Part shown: in pieces, positions 56,427 through 64,000 of the stretch | How positions within the stretch are numbered: the first letter of the stretch is position 1 | Layout: the number at the start of each line of letters is the position of its first letter | DNA from: Hyphomicrobium sp. | Lineage (GTDB): Bacteria; Pseudomonadota; Alphaproteobacteria; Rhizobiales; Hyphomicrobiaceae | DNA: 64,000 nucleotides | Direction: 5' to 3' | Assembly: GCA_025351425.1 (NCBI GenBank) | Contig: JANXVY010000031.1 | Coordinates: 9,202 to 73,201 of the forward strand | Position numbers and translations under genes: made by a program | The notes under the pieces: model-generated | What the model was told of the DNA's origin: nothing | Databases searched by the model: none | What the model saw: only the letters and a program-made list of their open reading frames with translations

Positions 56427-56714
56427 TCAACGGATACCCGTGACTTTCCTCGCATCAACATCGCCAGCGTCCCGATTTGCGTGAAAGTCGTCGGAATTAT
56501 CGCAGGCGTGAAACGGGGAGATGGCCGGCCGGCCAATACTCGGATTAGTCGCCATTCGAACCTTCGGATTTTCGAAAGTCCAGCATTCTCCGTTTGCGTC
56601 GAGAAACACCGCCCAATAGAGATGGGACTCCATACTGTAGTCTATAAGAAAGTGCGCCACCCCCGCGCCCTTGGGAGTCATAACCGGCAGAGGGGGATTT
56701 AATTGAACGATCAT
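56427..56714 (-). CDS. small hypothetical protein (phage-associated-looking family)
   Basis: MIVQLNPPLPVMTPKGAGVAHFLIDYSMESHLYWAVFLDANGECWTFENPKVRM... From memory I associate this pattern with small prophage ORFs. It sits in a low-GC islet. Confidence 0.5.
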   Translation of the reverse strand: MIVQLNPPLPVMTPKGAGVAHFLIDYSMESHLYWAVFLDANGECWTFENPKVRMATNPSIGRPAISPFHACDNSDDFHANRDAGDVDARKVTGIR

Positions 56715-56835
56715 ATTGCAAGCCTCGGGAGATTGGTTCGCGCCGCGCGTATTGATCTATGACTGAACACCTCGTCTCGCCGTTGGTTCCTTGGAGCCGG
56801 AAAACTGCCAAGGCAGGCAGGCGGCACCCACGCCG

Positions 56836-56893
56836 GGTTGCAGCGCACTCGAAGGTTGCAACGACCGCCGGGCCTTGTCCGGTTGCAACGACC
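56836..56893. repeat. three spaced copies of GGTTGCA(A/G)CG; two extend to 13 bp (GGTTGCAACGACC) and contain the palindrome GTTGCAAC
   Basis: Read directly at 56836-56845, 56854-56866 and 56881-56893. The copies lie between the EVE-gene stop and the small-ORF start. Confidence 0.8.
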
Positions 56894-56923
56894 CCAGGCA
56901 TAAGCCCCAGCCATGAAGGCGCA

Positions 56924-57469
56924 CTAACTCCGCAACGGCGCCAAGGGCTTCAGCGACTTGGCATCGAGCCCGCCCACCTGACACACCAGCGCCCATTCCT
57001 CAGGACGCACCGGCTGCACGGAAAGCCGCATGGACTTGACGAGCGCCATCTCGGCCAGCGCCAGCGTATCCTTGACCTGCGCGAGCGAAACGGGCTTGGG
57101 CAGATCGCAGACCGCCTCCACGTCGACGCACGCCCAGGTGCCGCTGTCGTCGCTCGGGTCGGGGTGCGCGGTTGCGATCACGCGCACAATGCCGACGATC
57201 TCCTTGCCGATATTGGAATGGTAAAAGAACCCCAGATCGCCGAGTTTCATGGCCTGCATGGTGTTGCGGGCGAGATAATTGCGCACCCCGGTCCACGGCT
57301 CGCCCTTGGCCCCTCGCGATTTCTGGTCCGCCCACGAAAACGCATCCGGCTCCGACTTGAACAGCCAGTAGCCGGTGGAAACGACGGGCGCAGGGCCAGC
57401 CTTGGAGGGCCCGCGATCGGTGGAAGCGGCTTTTTTCTTGAGGTTGGGGGCGCGGTTGGGGGCCATCAC
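56924..57469 (-). CDS. EVE (PUA-like) domain protein
   Basis: YWLFKSEPDAFSW...W.GVRNY.ARN.M..MK.GD..FFYHSN....IVGI..V. Confidence 0.85.
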   Translation of the reverse strand: MMAPNRAPNLKKKAASTDRGPSKAGPAPVVSTGYWLFKSEPDAFSWADQKSRGAKGEPWTGVRNYLARNTMQAMKLGDLGFFYHSNIGKEIVGIVRVIATAHPDPSDDSGTWACVDVEAVCDLPKPVSLAQVKDTLALAEMALVKSMRLSVQPVRPEEWALVCQVGGLDAKSLKPLAPLRS

Positions 57470-57753
57470 AGTGCCTTGATCGAGGACTTGGTCCTATTGC
57501 TGCGTGCGGCAGACCATATCGGCAAGCAGCCATCAAGTGTCGGCCGATCGGTGTGCGGCCCGCAAGTCGTCCACATCGAATCCGCAAACCCGCGATCGAA
57601 GTGCGGCATGGACGGCACGGTCGGGGCGAAAAACGCAGGCAGTGCACACCTATACTGCCGTCTACGCGGTTTTCGAACGGTGCCGCGCGACGGCGACCGT
57701 GCTACACGGAAGCTCGTCTGGATGGGGCACCATCTGCAAGTTCACAGGATTGC

Positions 57754-58977
57754 ATGCGTTTGCGTCGAATGAACATGACCGGTTTGGTCAAAGCGGTCTT
57801 GGCGTTGCTCGTGCTCGCGGGCATCGGTGGCTGCGCATCCATGGTGGAGCGCGCCGTTCCGCCAGCGTCCGCCGCAGTCTCGGCGACGGTTCCAGGCCTC
57901 GCCAACGTCCGCTTCTGGGGCGACGAGGTACCCAAGGACGTGGCCGCCGCCATCCGCCAGCGTATGCCCTCGCTCGGCAGCCCGCCACGCGCGCAGTCGT
58001 TCGAAAATGGCCGCCCCGTCGTCAACTATCTAGCCCTCTCGGGTGGCGGCTCGCAGGGCGCCTTCGGCGCAGGACTGCTCGCAGGCTGGACGAAAGCCGG
58101 CAACCGGCCCAAGTTCGAATTCGTGACCGGCATCAGCGCCGGCGCGCTCATCGCCCCATTTGCATTCCTGGGCTCGGCCTACGACCGCCAGCTTGAGGAA
58201 ATCTGGACCCAGTATGGCGACGACGATCTCGTCACCAAGGAGCCGCTCGGCGTGCTGTTTGGCGCTTCCGCCGCGGTCGATACCAAGCCCTTAGCGGATT
58301 TGATCGCGCGTTTTGTCGATACGAAACTCCTGGCGGCAGTCGCTGCCGAATACCGCAAGGGCCGCGTGCTGCTGATCGGAACGACCAACATCGACGCCAA
58401 GCGGCCGGTGGTCTGGAACATGGGCGAGATCGCGCTGAGCCGCGACCCGCGCGCACTCCAGCTGTTCCGCGACGTGCTGTTGGCGTCCGCCTCCATTCCC
58501 GGTCTCATGCCCCCGATCAAGATCTCCGTGGACGCAAACGGCCAGACTTTCGACGAACTGCATGTCGACGGCGGCGTGACACGTCAGGTGTTCCTGACCC
58601 CCGTCGCCCTCAAGTTGAGCGATTTCGACCAGTTCTATAGCAGCCGTCCCCTGCGGCGCGTCTACGTGATCCGCAATGGCACGCTGACGCCGCGCTACAA
58701 GCCCGTCGACACCAGCGCCGCAGCGCTCGCATCGACGTCGATCAGCGCCCTGCTGGACAACCAGGCCGCCGGTGACATCTACCGGATCTATGTGGCCTCG
58801 ACCCGCGACGGCGCGGAGTTTCGTCTCGCCGCCGATCAGTCGACGACTGAATCCGTCTCGAATGGCCTGTTCGACAAGGACCATATGCGGGAACTGTTCA
58901 AATCGACGCGCAATGCCGCAGCGCGCGGCTACCCGTGGCTGACCAGCATCCCCGAATTGCACACCCATAAGAACTGA
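57754..58977 (+). CDS. patatin-like phospholipase, probable lipoprotein
   Basis: Lipobox LAGIGGC, the oxyanion motif LSGGGSQGAFGAG, the nucleophile GISAGA (GxSxG), and the catalytic Asp in HVDGG. Trimmed to the ATG at 57754. Confidence 0.85.
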   Translation: MRLRRMNMTGLVKAVLALLVLAGIGGCASMVERAVPPASAAVSATVPGLANVRFWGDEVPKDVAAAIRQRMPSLGSPPRAQSFENGRPVVNYLALSGGGSQGAFGAGLLAGWTKAGNRPKFEFVTGISAGALIAPFAFLGSAYDRQLEEIWTQYGDDDLVTKEPLGVLFGASAAVDTKPLADLIARFVDTKLLAAVAAEYRKGRVLLIGTTNIDAKRPVVWNMGEIALSRDPRALQLFRDVLLASASIPGLMPPIKISVDANGQTFDELHVDGGVTRQVFLTPVALKLSDFDQFYSSRPLRRVYVIRNGTLTPRYKPVDTSAAALASTSISALLDNQAAGDIYRIYVASTRDGAEFRLAADQSTTESVSNGLFDKDHMRELFKSTRNAAARGYPWLTSIPELHTHKN

Positions 58978-58988
58978 CCGGAATGGTT

Positions 58989-59513
58989 CTAAGGCGCGTC
59001 AATACGGTCGAAGCCGTCGCGGTTCGGCATTTTGACGAGCGGCAAGCTCTCGCGATTGATCTCGAAATCTTCCGCGATGATCTTGTTGGCAAACAGCAGA
59101 TAGGCGGTCACCGCGTACGCCTCGTCGTTGCTGAGCGAGCCGGGCGCATGCATCGGCATCGACCGTCGCGTCATATCGAAGACGGTCGTGGCATACGGCC
59201 AATAAGTGCCGATGGTCTTGTCGGGATCGGGCCCGTTGAGCGGCGAGGTGCTACCGGCCAATTCCTCGGCGGTGCCACCGCGTCCGCCCGCACCATGACA
59301 CCGGGCGCACTGCGCATCGAACAGCGCGCGGCCCTGCCTGGCCGTGCCATTTCCAGGCGGCAATCCGCGCCCATCGGGAAACACGCTGATGTCCCACGCG
59401 GCGACATCGGCAGGCGAAATGGGAATGCCCAGCTTGGGAGCCTCCGCAGATAGCGCGCAAACCGCTCCGCCAAACACGAACCCGGCAGCCAGCAGCGCAT
59501 CACGCATAGACAT
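58989..59513 (-). CDS. monoheme c-type cytochrome (SoxD/SorB-like partner of SoxC)
   Basis: Signal peptide and a single QCARCHG heme site. It overlaps the 3' end of the upstream SoxC gene by 14 nt. Trimmed to MSMRDALL at 59513. Confidence 0.8.
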   Translation of the reverse strand: MSMRDALLAAGFVFGGAVCALSAEAPKLGIPISPADVAAWDISVFPDGRGLPPGNGTARQGRALFDAQCARCHGAGGRGGTAEELAGSTSPLNGPDPDKTIGTYWPYATTVFDMTRRSMPMHAPGSLSNDEAYAVTAYLLFANKIIAEDFEINRESLPLVKMPNRDGFDRIDAP

Positions 59514-60795
59514 GGCTGACTTTCCCCTCGGCGTCGACGCCCCAGGAGACGATGGCGTTGTAATGGAAATAGCCGTGCCGTCCGCGCTCGGCGACAAGGG
59601 CCGCCCGCTCGGGCTGGACATATCCCGTTTCGTCGGTGGCGCGGGATTTCAACACGGCAGGCTGGCCGTCCCATTTCCAGGCGGCGCGGAACCGCGTGAA
59701 GCAGCGCGGCAACACCGGATCCTGCAGCTGTGCCCGCGTCCAAGACGCGCCCCCGTCGGCCGAGACCTCGACCATGGCGATGCGCCCTCGCCCGCTCCAG
59801 GCGAGCCCCTTGAGTTCATAGACGCTAGGACCACTCAGGCTCTGCCCGCACGACGGCGACGTGAGGAGCGATTTCGCGTCGACAACGAACGTGAACATCC
59901 GCGACCGGCCCGACGGCAGCAGTTCTGTGTATTTGGCGGTCTCGTTGCGCGCCATGACCGGCTGGTCGGTCAGCTGGATGCGGCGCAGCCATTTGACGTT
60001 CAACACGCCTTCCCACCCAGGCGCGATCAGCCGCAGCGGGTAGCCGTTCTCCGGCCGGATGCGCTCGCCGTTCTGATACAGGGCGACGATGCAATCCTTC
60101 ATGAGCTTTTCGACTGGGATCGACACGTTCATGAGCATCGCGTCCGCGCCTTCGGCAACGGCCCACAGCGCCTTCGGATCGAGACCAGCTTCATCGAGCA
60201 GGATCGACAGCGGAACGCCCGTCCATTCGCTGCACGACACCAGGCCATGGAACGAACCAACCGGCCGCTGGATCGGCTCCTGATGCCAGCCAGCATTGCT
60301 GTTGCCGCCACACTCGACGAAGATGAGGTGCGACGTCATCGGATAGCGCAGCAGGCTTTCGACCGTGAACATCAACGGCTGCTTGACTAAGCCGTGAATG
60401 ACGAGACGATGTTGAGCCGGATCGATCGCGGGAACACCGTTGTGATGGCGCTCGAAATGCAGGCCCGCCGGCGTGAGGATGCCTTCGAGGCTCTCGAGCG
60501 GCGTCCAGGAAACGCCATTACCGGGCACGTCGTGATTGGCCCCGACGCTGCGCATGACCGCAGCCTCATGCTTCGAGGGCAGGCCGTAGTTGGTGAAGGG
60601 CTGGCCAGGTTCGCGCGTCCAGGACGGGTGAGCGAGATCGGACTCCACGGCAGGCTTTTTGCCGGCAGCGGCCAACGCCGGTTGGGCCGCCCCCGCACTC
60701 GCCAATATCAGTCCGGCTTTGAGCAACACACGGCGATGAAGCAACCCGCCTCCGGCCGCCGGTTGCAGGTCGTCCGTCGAAAACGTTTCCCGCAC
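59500..60795 (-). CDS. soxC: sulfite-oxidase-family molybdoenzyme, SoxC-type sulfite/sulfane dehydrogenase
   Basis: Tat-like signal (RRVLLKAGLILASAGA), GLHFERHHNGVPAIDPAQHRLVIHG, the Mo-ligand Cys region FVECGGNS, and a dimerisation domain. Confidence 0.85.
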   Translation of the reverse strand: MRETFSTDDLQPAAGGGLLHRRVLLKAGLILASAGAAQPALAAAGKKPAVESDLAHPSWTREPGQPFTNYGLPSKHEAAVMRSVGANHDVPGNGVSWTPLESLEGILTPAGLHFERHHNGVPAIDPAQHRLVIHGLVKQPLMFTVESLLRYPMTSHLIFVECGGNSNAGWHQEPIQRPVGSFHGLVSCSEWTGVPLSILLDEAGLDPKALWAVAEGADAMLMNVSIPVEKLMKDCIVALYQNGERIRPENGYPLRLIAPGWEGVLNVKWLRRIQLTDQPVMARNETAKYTELLPSGRSRMFTFVVDAKSLLTSPSCGQSLSGPSVYELKGLAWSGRGRIAMVEVSADGGASWTRAQLQDPVLPRCFTRFRAAWKWDGQPAVLKSRATDETGYVQPERAALVAERGRHGYFHYNAIVSWGVDAEGKVSHVYA

Positions 60796-60819
60796 CTGCG
60801 GCTCCTGAGCGAGATGCGA

Positions 60820-61620
60820 TTACGATCCGCTGGACTGAGAATTACCTTTGAAGATCGCCCCGGTCGTATCCTTGGCGATAACTTCAAGCGAACTGTTGGC
60901 ACCGGCAGGATACGAGAAGATGAAGTGAGGATTTTCCGAAATCGAAATCCCGCCGGCCATCTTGAACACCAGCTTGTCGCCGCTCATGATCTGTAGCTCT
61001 TCGATGTAGCGCGCCGGCGTGAAGTCGCGGGTCAGCTGATCCATCTGCATGCCGGTGAAATTGGGATGCTTGATCATGACTTGGGCCAGGTTGACGCCGG
61101 ACTGCGACTTGCCTGCAACCGTCTTGATCTGCATCTTGCCAGCGCCCTCGAGTGCAGCATCTGCATCCTTGCCGGCCGGCGCCGAGCAGCCGCCCGACGC
61201 TTTGACGAACTTGGTCGTCATATGAAGCTGGCCGTCCTGGGTCTCGGTGATGGCGCGCACGTTCGTATAGCGATCGAACCGCACTCTCGTCGTCAACTTG
61301 CGTTCCTGGTCTCCAGCGGCCGGGCCGAATGTGAACTTGGCGACCACGGGAGCTGGATTTTCATCGACGATCAATGTCAGCTTGGTCACCGAACTTGCAA
61401 TCGCCGCCGGGATTGTGATTGTGAGCGGAACGAGCGCCGCATCTTCGGCCCGCACCGGCGCCTCCAGCAACACTGTGCCGTCCTCTTCCTGAATGGCCGC
61501 AGCACCGAACACATCTTGGCGCAGGCTGGGCCACGAGCTGGCATCCTCTGCGAGTGCAGGGATTACCGCAAGGAGCGCGGCGCAACCGAGGCCGGCGGCA
61601 AAGGGGCGGAACATTGTCAT
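60820..61620 (-). CDS. SoxYZ-like fused carrier protein, copy 2
   Basis: Signal peptide, a central SGGCSAPAGKDAD cysteine motif matching copy 1 (GGGCSAPAMARKDAD), and a SoxZ-like IKHPNFTGMQMD. GGAGG lies 8 nt upstream of the ATG. Confidence 0.75.
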   Translation of the reverse strand: MTMFRPFAAGLGCAALLAVIPALAEDASSWPSLRQDVFGAAAIQEEDGTVLLEAPVRAEDAALVPLTITIPAAIASSVTKLTLIVDENPAPVVAKFTFGPAAGDQERKLTTRVRFDRYTNVRAITETQDGQLHMTTKFVKASGGCSAPAGKDADAALEGAGKMQIKTVAGKSQSGVNLAQVMIKHPNFTGMQMDQLTRDFTPARYIEELQIMSGDKLVFKMAGGISISENPHFIFSYPAGANSSLEVIAKDTTGAIFKGNSQSSGS

Positions 61621-61924
61621 GGAACGATCCTCCAGATGGCCTGATCTTCGGCCGCAAACATGTAGTATTTTTCATATATATGAATTCTTACGGGCGTATG
61701 TGCCAATTGTTACACGCGCTATGCACGAATGTTTGATCGGCACGCACATTGTCGACCCTCGTCCGGCCCCCGCTAACGTTCGAACATGAAAAACATAGTC
61801 CGCAACACTCAGGGGTTGCAAGAAGCTTGGCACCATTCAAGGCAACGGCACTCGGCCGGAAGGCATCCGATTTGCGCGTGGGTTCGGGCCGAAGATCACG
61901 CCAAACGTGCCGGGCATGTTTCAG

Positions 61925-62001
61925 GCTCCCGTCCTTATGCAAAGCTCGCGCACCCCGCTCCCGACGAGCGTGCACAACCCTGAAATGCAAAGGACGGGAG
62001 C
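61925..62001. other. long imperfect hairpin in a 590-bp divergent intergenic region
   Basis: GCTCCCGTCCTT(A)TGCA (61925-61941) pairs with TGCAAAGGACGGGAGC (61986-62001): 16 bp, one bulge, 44-nt loop. The loop contains an inner GCTCG/CGAGC stem. Confidence 0.6.
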
Positions 62002-62212
62002 TTGCCCCGAAACCAAACGGCTGTGTCGAACCGAAATTTCGACATTGCTTATCGATCATAACGGCTAGCGTTGAAACTTATTCCTTATTTTGTTCACATG
62101 ACGGGAATAGGAGTCGTTGGAACCCGTTGTCTGGTTGCCGTTGGCGCGAACTCCCTTACAGGGCGGTCACCGCCCAACAAGGTGGGGAACCAAAAAAACG
62201 TGTCAGGGCTGC

Positions 62213-64000
62213 ATGCACGATCATCGCCGTCGAAACCGCTCCGTGCTTTCGATTGCCGCTCTAGGCGGTGCGCCGCTGCTTGCTTTGGCGGTCGCTGCGT
62301 GCGCACCGGGCGATGCACTTGCCGGCAAAAACAAGGGCTCGGGCAAAAAAGATAACGAGCAGACCCAACAGCTCCAGGACTCGGGCGACAAAGGCGACAA
62401 AGCAAATCAGGCTCAATCGCAGCAGCAATTTCAGTCGCAGACAGGAGATTCGGGCAAGAACGCCGGCAAGTCGGATGACGCTCAATCCACGACCAGCCAA
62501 TTCACGAACAACGCAAGCAAGTTGAACGACCAAGGCGGCGGCGATAACGGCAAATCCAGCGCGGGCAAGTCCGATGGCGGCGATGGGACGAATTCCAAGA
62601 AGGGAGGCTTGAGCAAGACGGCGAACGGCACGGATCAGTCCACCGATCAGAAGGTGCCCAGCACCGTCGCCGAATGGCTCCAGGGTATTTTCAAGGCCGA
62701 AAAATCCGACGATAAGTCCGCGACCGTCCCGCCGGTAGCGGTCGCAGTCCCGGGGCAAACGATCAAGCCCGCATCGGCTGAAAAGACGGAGGCGGTAAAA
62801 CCCATATCGGCGAAACCTGCACCCGAAACCAAACCGCCACCCTCCAAGACGTTGGCAGGCCACAATACGCCTCCGCTCCCTGCCCTCGATCGGCCCGAGA
62901 TGCTGGCCGTAAATCTATCAAAGCAGACGATCGACAAGGCTGTCGCGCTCGGTTTCCGCGCGAATGGCACGGCAGGCGTTTCGCGCCTCAACCTGGGTGT
63001 GACGAGGCTCATAGCCCCGCCCGGTCTCACCGCCGAGCAGGCCCAGGAACTGCTGCGCCAATCTTTTCCCGACGATAATTTTGAGATCAACAAAAAATAC
63101 CGGATCTACCGGACCGCGAACGGCGTCCTCCCTGCGTCGCAGTCGGACCGCATTCCACCGGCCCTTCCGATGCCCACCCCGTGCGGCACAGATCGCTGCT
63201 TCGGCGCGGCGATCATCAATTGGAAACCTCAGCTGCAGGGCTGTACGAATGGCGTCAAGATCGGCGTCATCGACACCGGCTACGACGCAAGCCATCCCGC
63301 GTTCCAGCACCGGTCGATCGAGCCCTACCGTTCGCATACCTCCGGACGACCCAGATCGCCGGACTGGCATGGCACCGGTGTGCTGGCGCTGCTGGCGGGC
63401 GAAGCCAAGAGCGGCACCCCCGGCCTCGTCCCAAATGCGAAGTTTTTTCTGGCGGATATTTTCTTTGCCGATAGCGATGGCGCTCCCGCCAGCGATACCG
63501 CAAGCCTGATCGAAGCGCTCGACTGGCTGGATAAGCAGCACGTCAAGATCATCAACATGAGCCTGACCGGCCCCCCGGACGAACTTCTCAAGAAGGCGGT
63601 CGCGGGACTTTCCGAAAAAGGCATTATTTTCGTCGCAGCGGTCGGCAATGACGGGCCGTCCGCGCCGCCGAGCTACCCCTCCGCCTATAAGGAGGTCATC
63701 GCCGTAACCGCGGTCGACAAGAACATGATGAGCTATCGATACGCGACCCGCGGCAAACACGTCGACGTCGCGGCTCCCGGCGTCGACATTTGGACCGCGC
63801 TCCCCAACGGCCAGGGCGGCTATCATTCAGGAACCTCGTTTGCGGTGCCCTATGTCACAGCCGTCCTTGCCACGGTTTACAAAGACCTGGAGCCCAAATC
63901 GAAAGCTGGGTTCTTGGAACAGGCAAACTTCAAAGATCTCGGCGAACCCGGCCGTGACCCGATCTATGGCAAGGGGCTGCTGCTGGCTCCTGCCGCCTGC
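62213..64000 (+). CDS. S8 (subtilisin-like) serine peptidase, probable lipoprotein, 3' end off-window
   Basis: Absent from the ORF track because there is no stop codon before the window end. My own translation reads MHDHRRRNRSVLSIAALGGAPLLALAVAAC..., then a ~180-aa K/D/G/Q/S-rich linker. The catalytic triad motifs are IGVIDTGYD, HGTGVLALLAG and GTSFAVPYVTA. Confidence 0.85.
   Translation, partial: MHDHRRRNRSVLSIAALGGAPLLALAVAACAPGDALAGKNKGSGKKDNEQTQQLQDSGDKGDKANQAQSQQQFQSQTGDSGKNAGKSDDAQSTTSQFTNNASKLNDQGGGDNGKSSAGKSDGGDGTNSKKGGLSKTANGTDQSTDQKVPSTVAEWLQGIFKAEKSDDKSATVPPVAVAVPGQTIKPASAEKTEAVKPISAKPAPETKPPPSKTLAGHNTPPLPALDRPEMLAVNLSKQTIDKAVALGFRANGTAGVSRLNLGVTRLIAPPGLTAEQAQELLRQSFPDDNFEINKKYRIYRTANGVLPASQSDRIPPALPMPTPCGTDRCFGAAIINWKPQLQGCTNGVKIGVIDTGYDASHPAFQHRSIEPYRSHTSGRPRSPDWHGTGVLALLAGEAKSGTPGLVPNAKFFLADIFFADSDGAPASDTASLIEALDWLDKQHVKIINMSLTGPPDELLKKAVAGLSEKGIIFVAAVGNDGPSAPPSYPSAYKEVIAVTAVDKNMMSYRYATRGKHVDVAAPGVDIWTALPNGQGGYHSGTSFAVPYVTAVLATVYKDLEPKSKAGFLEQANFKDLGEPGRDPIYGKGLLLAPAAC

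Noticed and set aside
56715-56923. Checked this GC-mixed spacer, and other intergenic regions, for tRNA or tmRNA-like cloverleafs, because islands often insert at tRNAs.
   Set aside because: I found no acceptor stem or T-loop (GTTCGAATC-type) arrangement by eye. The only structure is the spaced GGTTGCA(A/G)CG boxes. This needs tRNAscan-SE/ARAGORN to be definitive.
1-64000. Searched for CRISPR arrays, transposase or integrase genes other than xerD, and toxin-antitoxin pairs.
   Set aside because: There are no regularly spaced direct repeats and no DDE/HUH/serine-recombinase-like ORFs in the track. XerD is the housekeeping dif recombinase by its motifs and context. No small adjacent ORF pairs had TA-like features.

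Overview
High-GC alphaproteobacterial chromosome segment that looks like Hyphomicrobiales/Rhizobiales. It carries about 58 protein genes. By eye I found no rRNA, tRNA, CRISPR array or transposase; visual tRNA scanning is weak, so tRNAscan-SE should confirm. Most of the window is core or housekeeping. It starts with a truncated acyl-CoA dehydrogenase and an EamA transporter, then a small exopolysaccharide locus (PCP/GumC-like, Wzy-like, GT4, UDP-sugar epimerase). Next come the PHB genes phaB/phaA/phaR, three tandem YafK-like L,D-transpeptidase paralogs, accA, a DUF1127 gene, xerD, an aroK-aroB fusion, a CorC/HlyC transporter and hrpB. These are followed by an NYN-domain operon, gloB plus a cupin gene, and methyltransferases. 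The window then holds a large PQQ/quinoprotein cluster. It comprises PedF cytochrome, an XoxJ-like SBP, a SoxYZ-like carrier, a relay MBL hydrolase, a beta-propeller, a CXXCW protein and an ExaA/PedH-type alcohol dehydrogenase with the lanthanide-type D-Y-D motif. A NosP(FIST)/NahK-like/LuxR regulatory module sits next to it. The window ends with proB, a SoxC plus monoheme cytochrome pair beside a second SoxYZ-like carrier, and a truncated S8 peptidase. The standout is a lower-GC single-gene island at 24349-26412 (minus strand) with its own RBS, downstream of the hrpB terminator. It encodes one 687-aa polypeptide combining a class III nucleotidyl-cyclase-like domain, a canonical cNMP-binding domain, a second degenerate cNMP-like barrel and a C-terminal TIR domain. 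That is all the parts of a Pycsar-type cyclase plus cNMP-gated TIR effector defence system fused into one protein. Its 3' flank is a mosaic of CTAG-bounded palindromes nested in a conserved intergenic element that occurs three times in the window. All functional calls rest on motif recognition in the translated ORFs. No database search was run.
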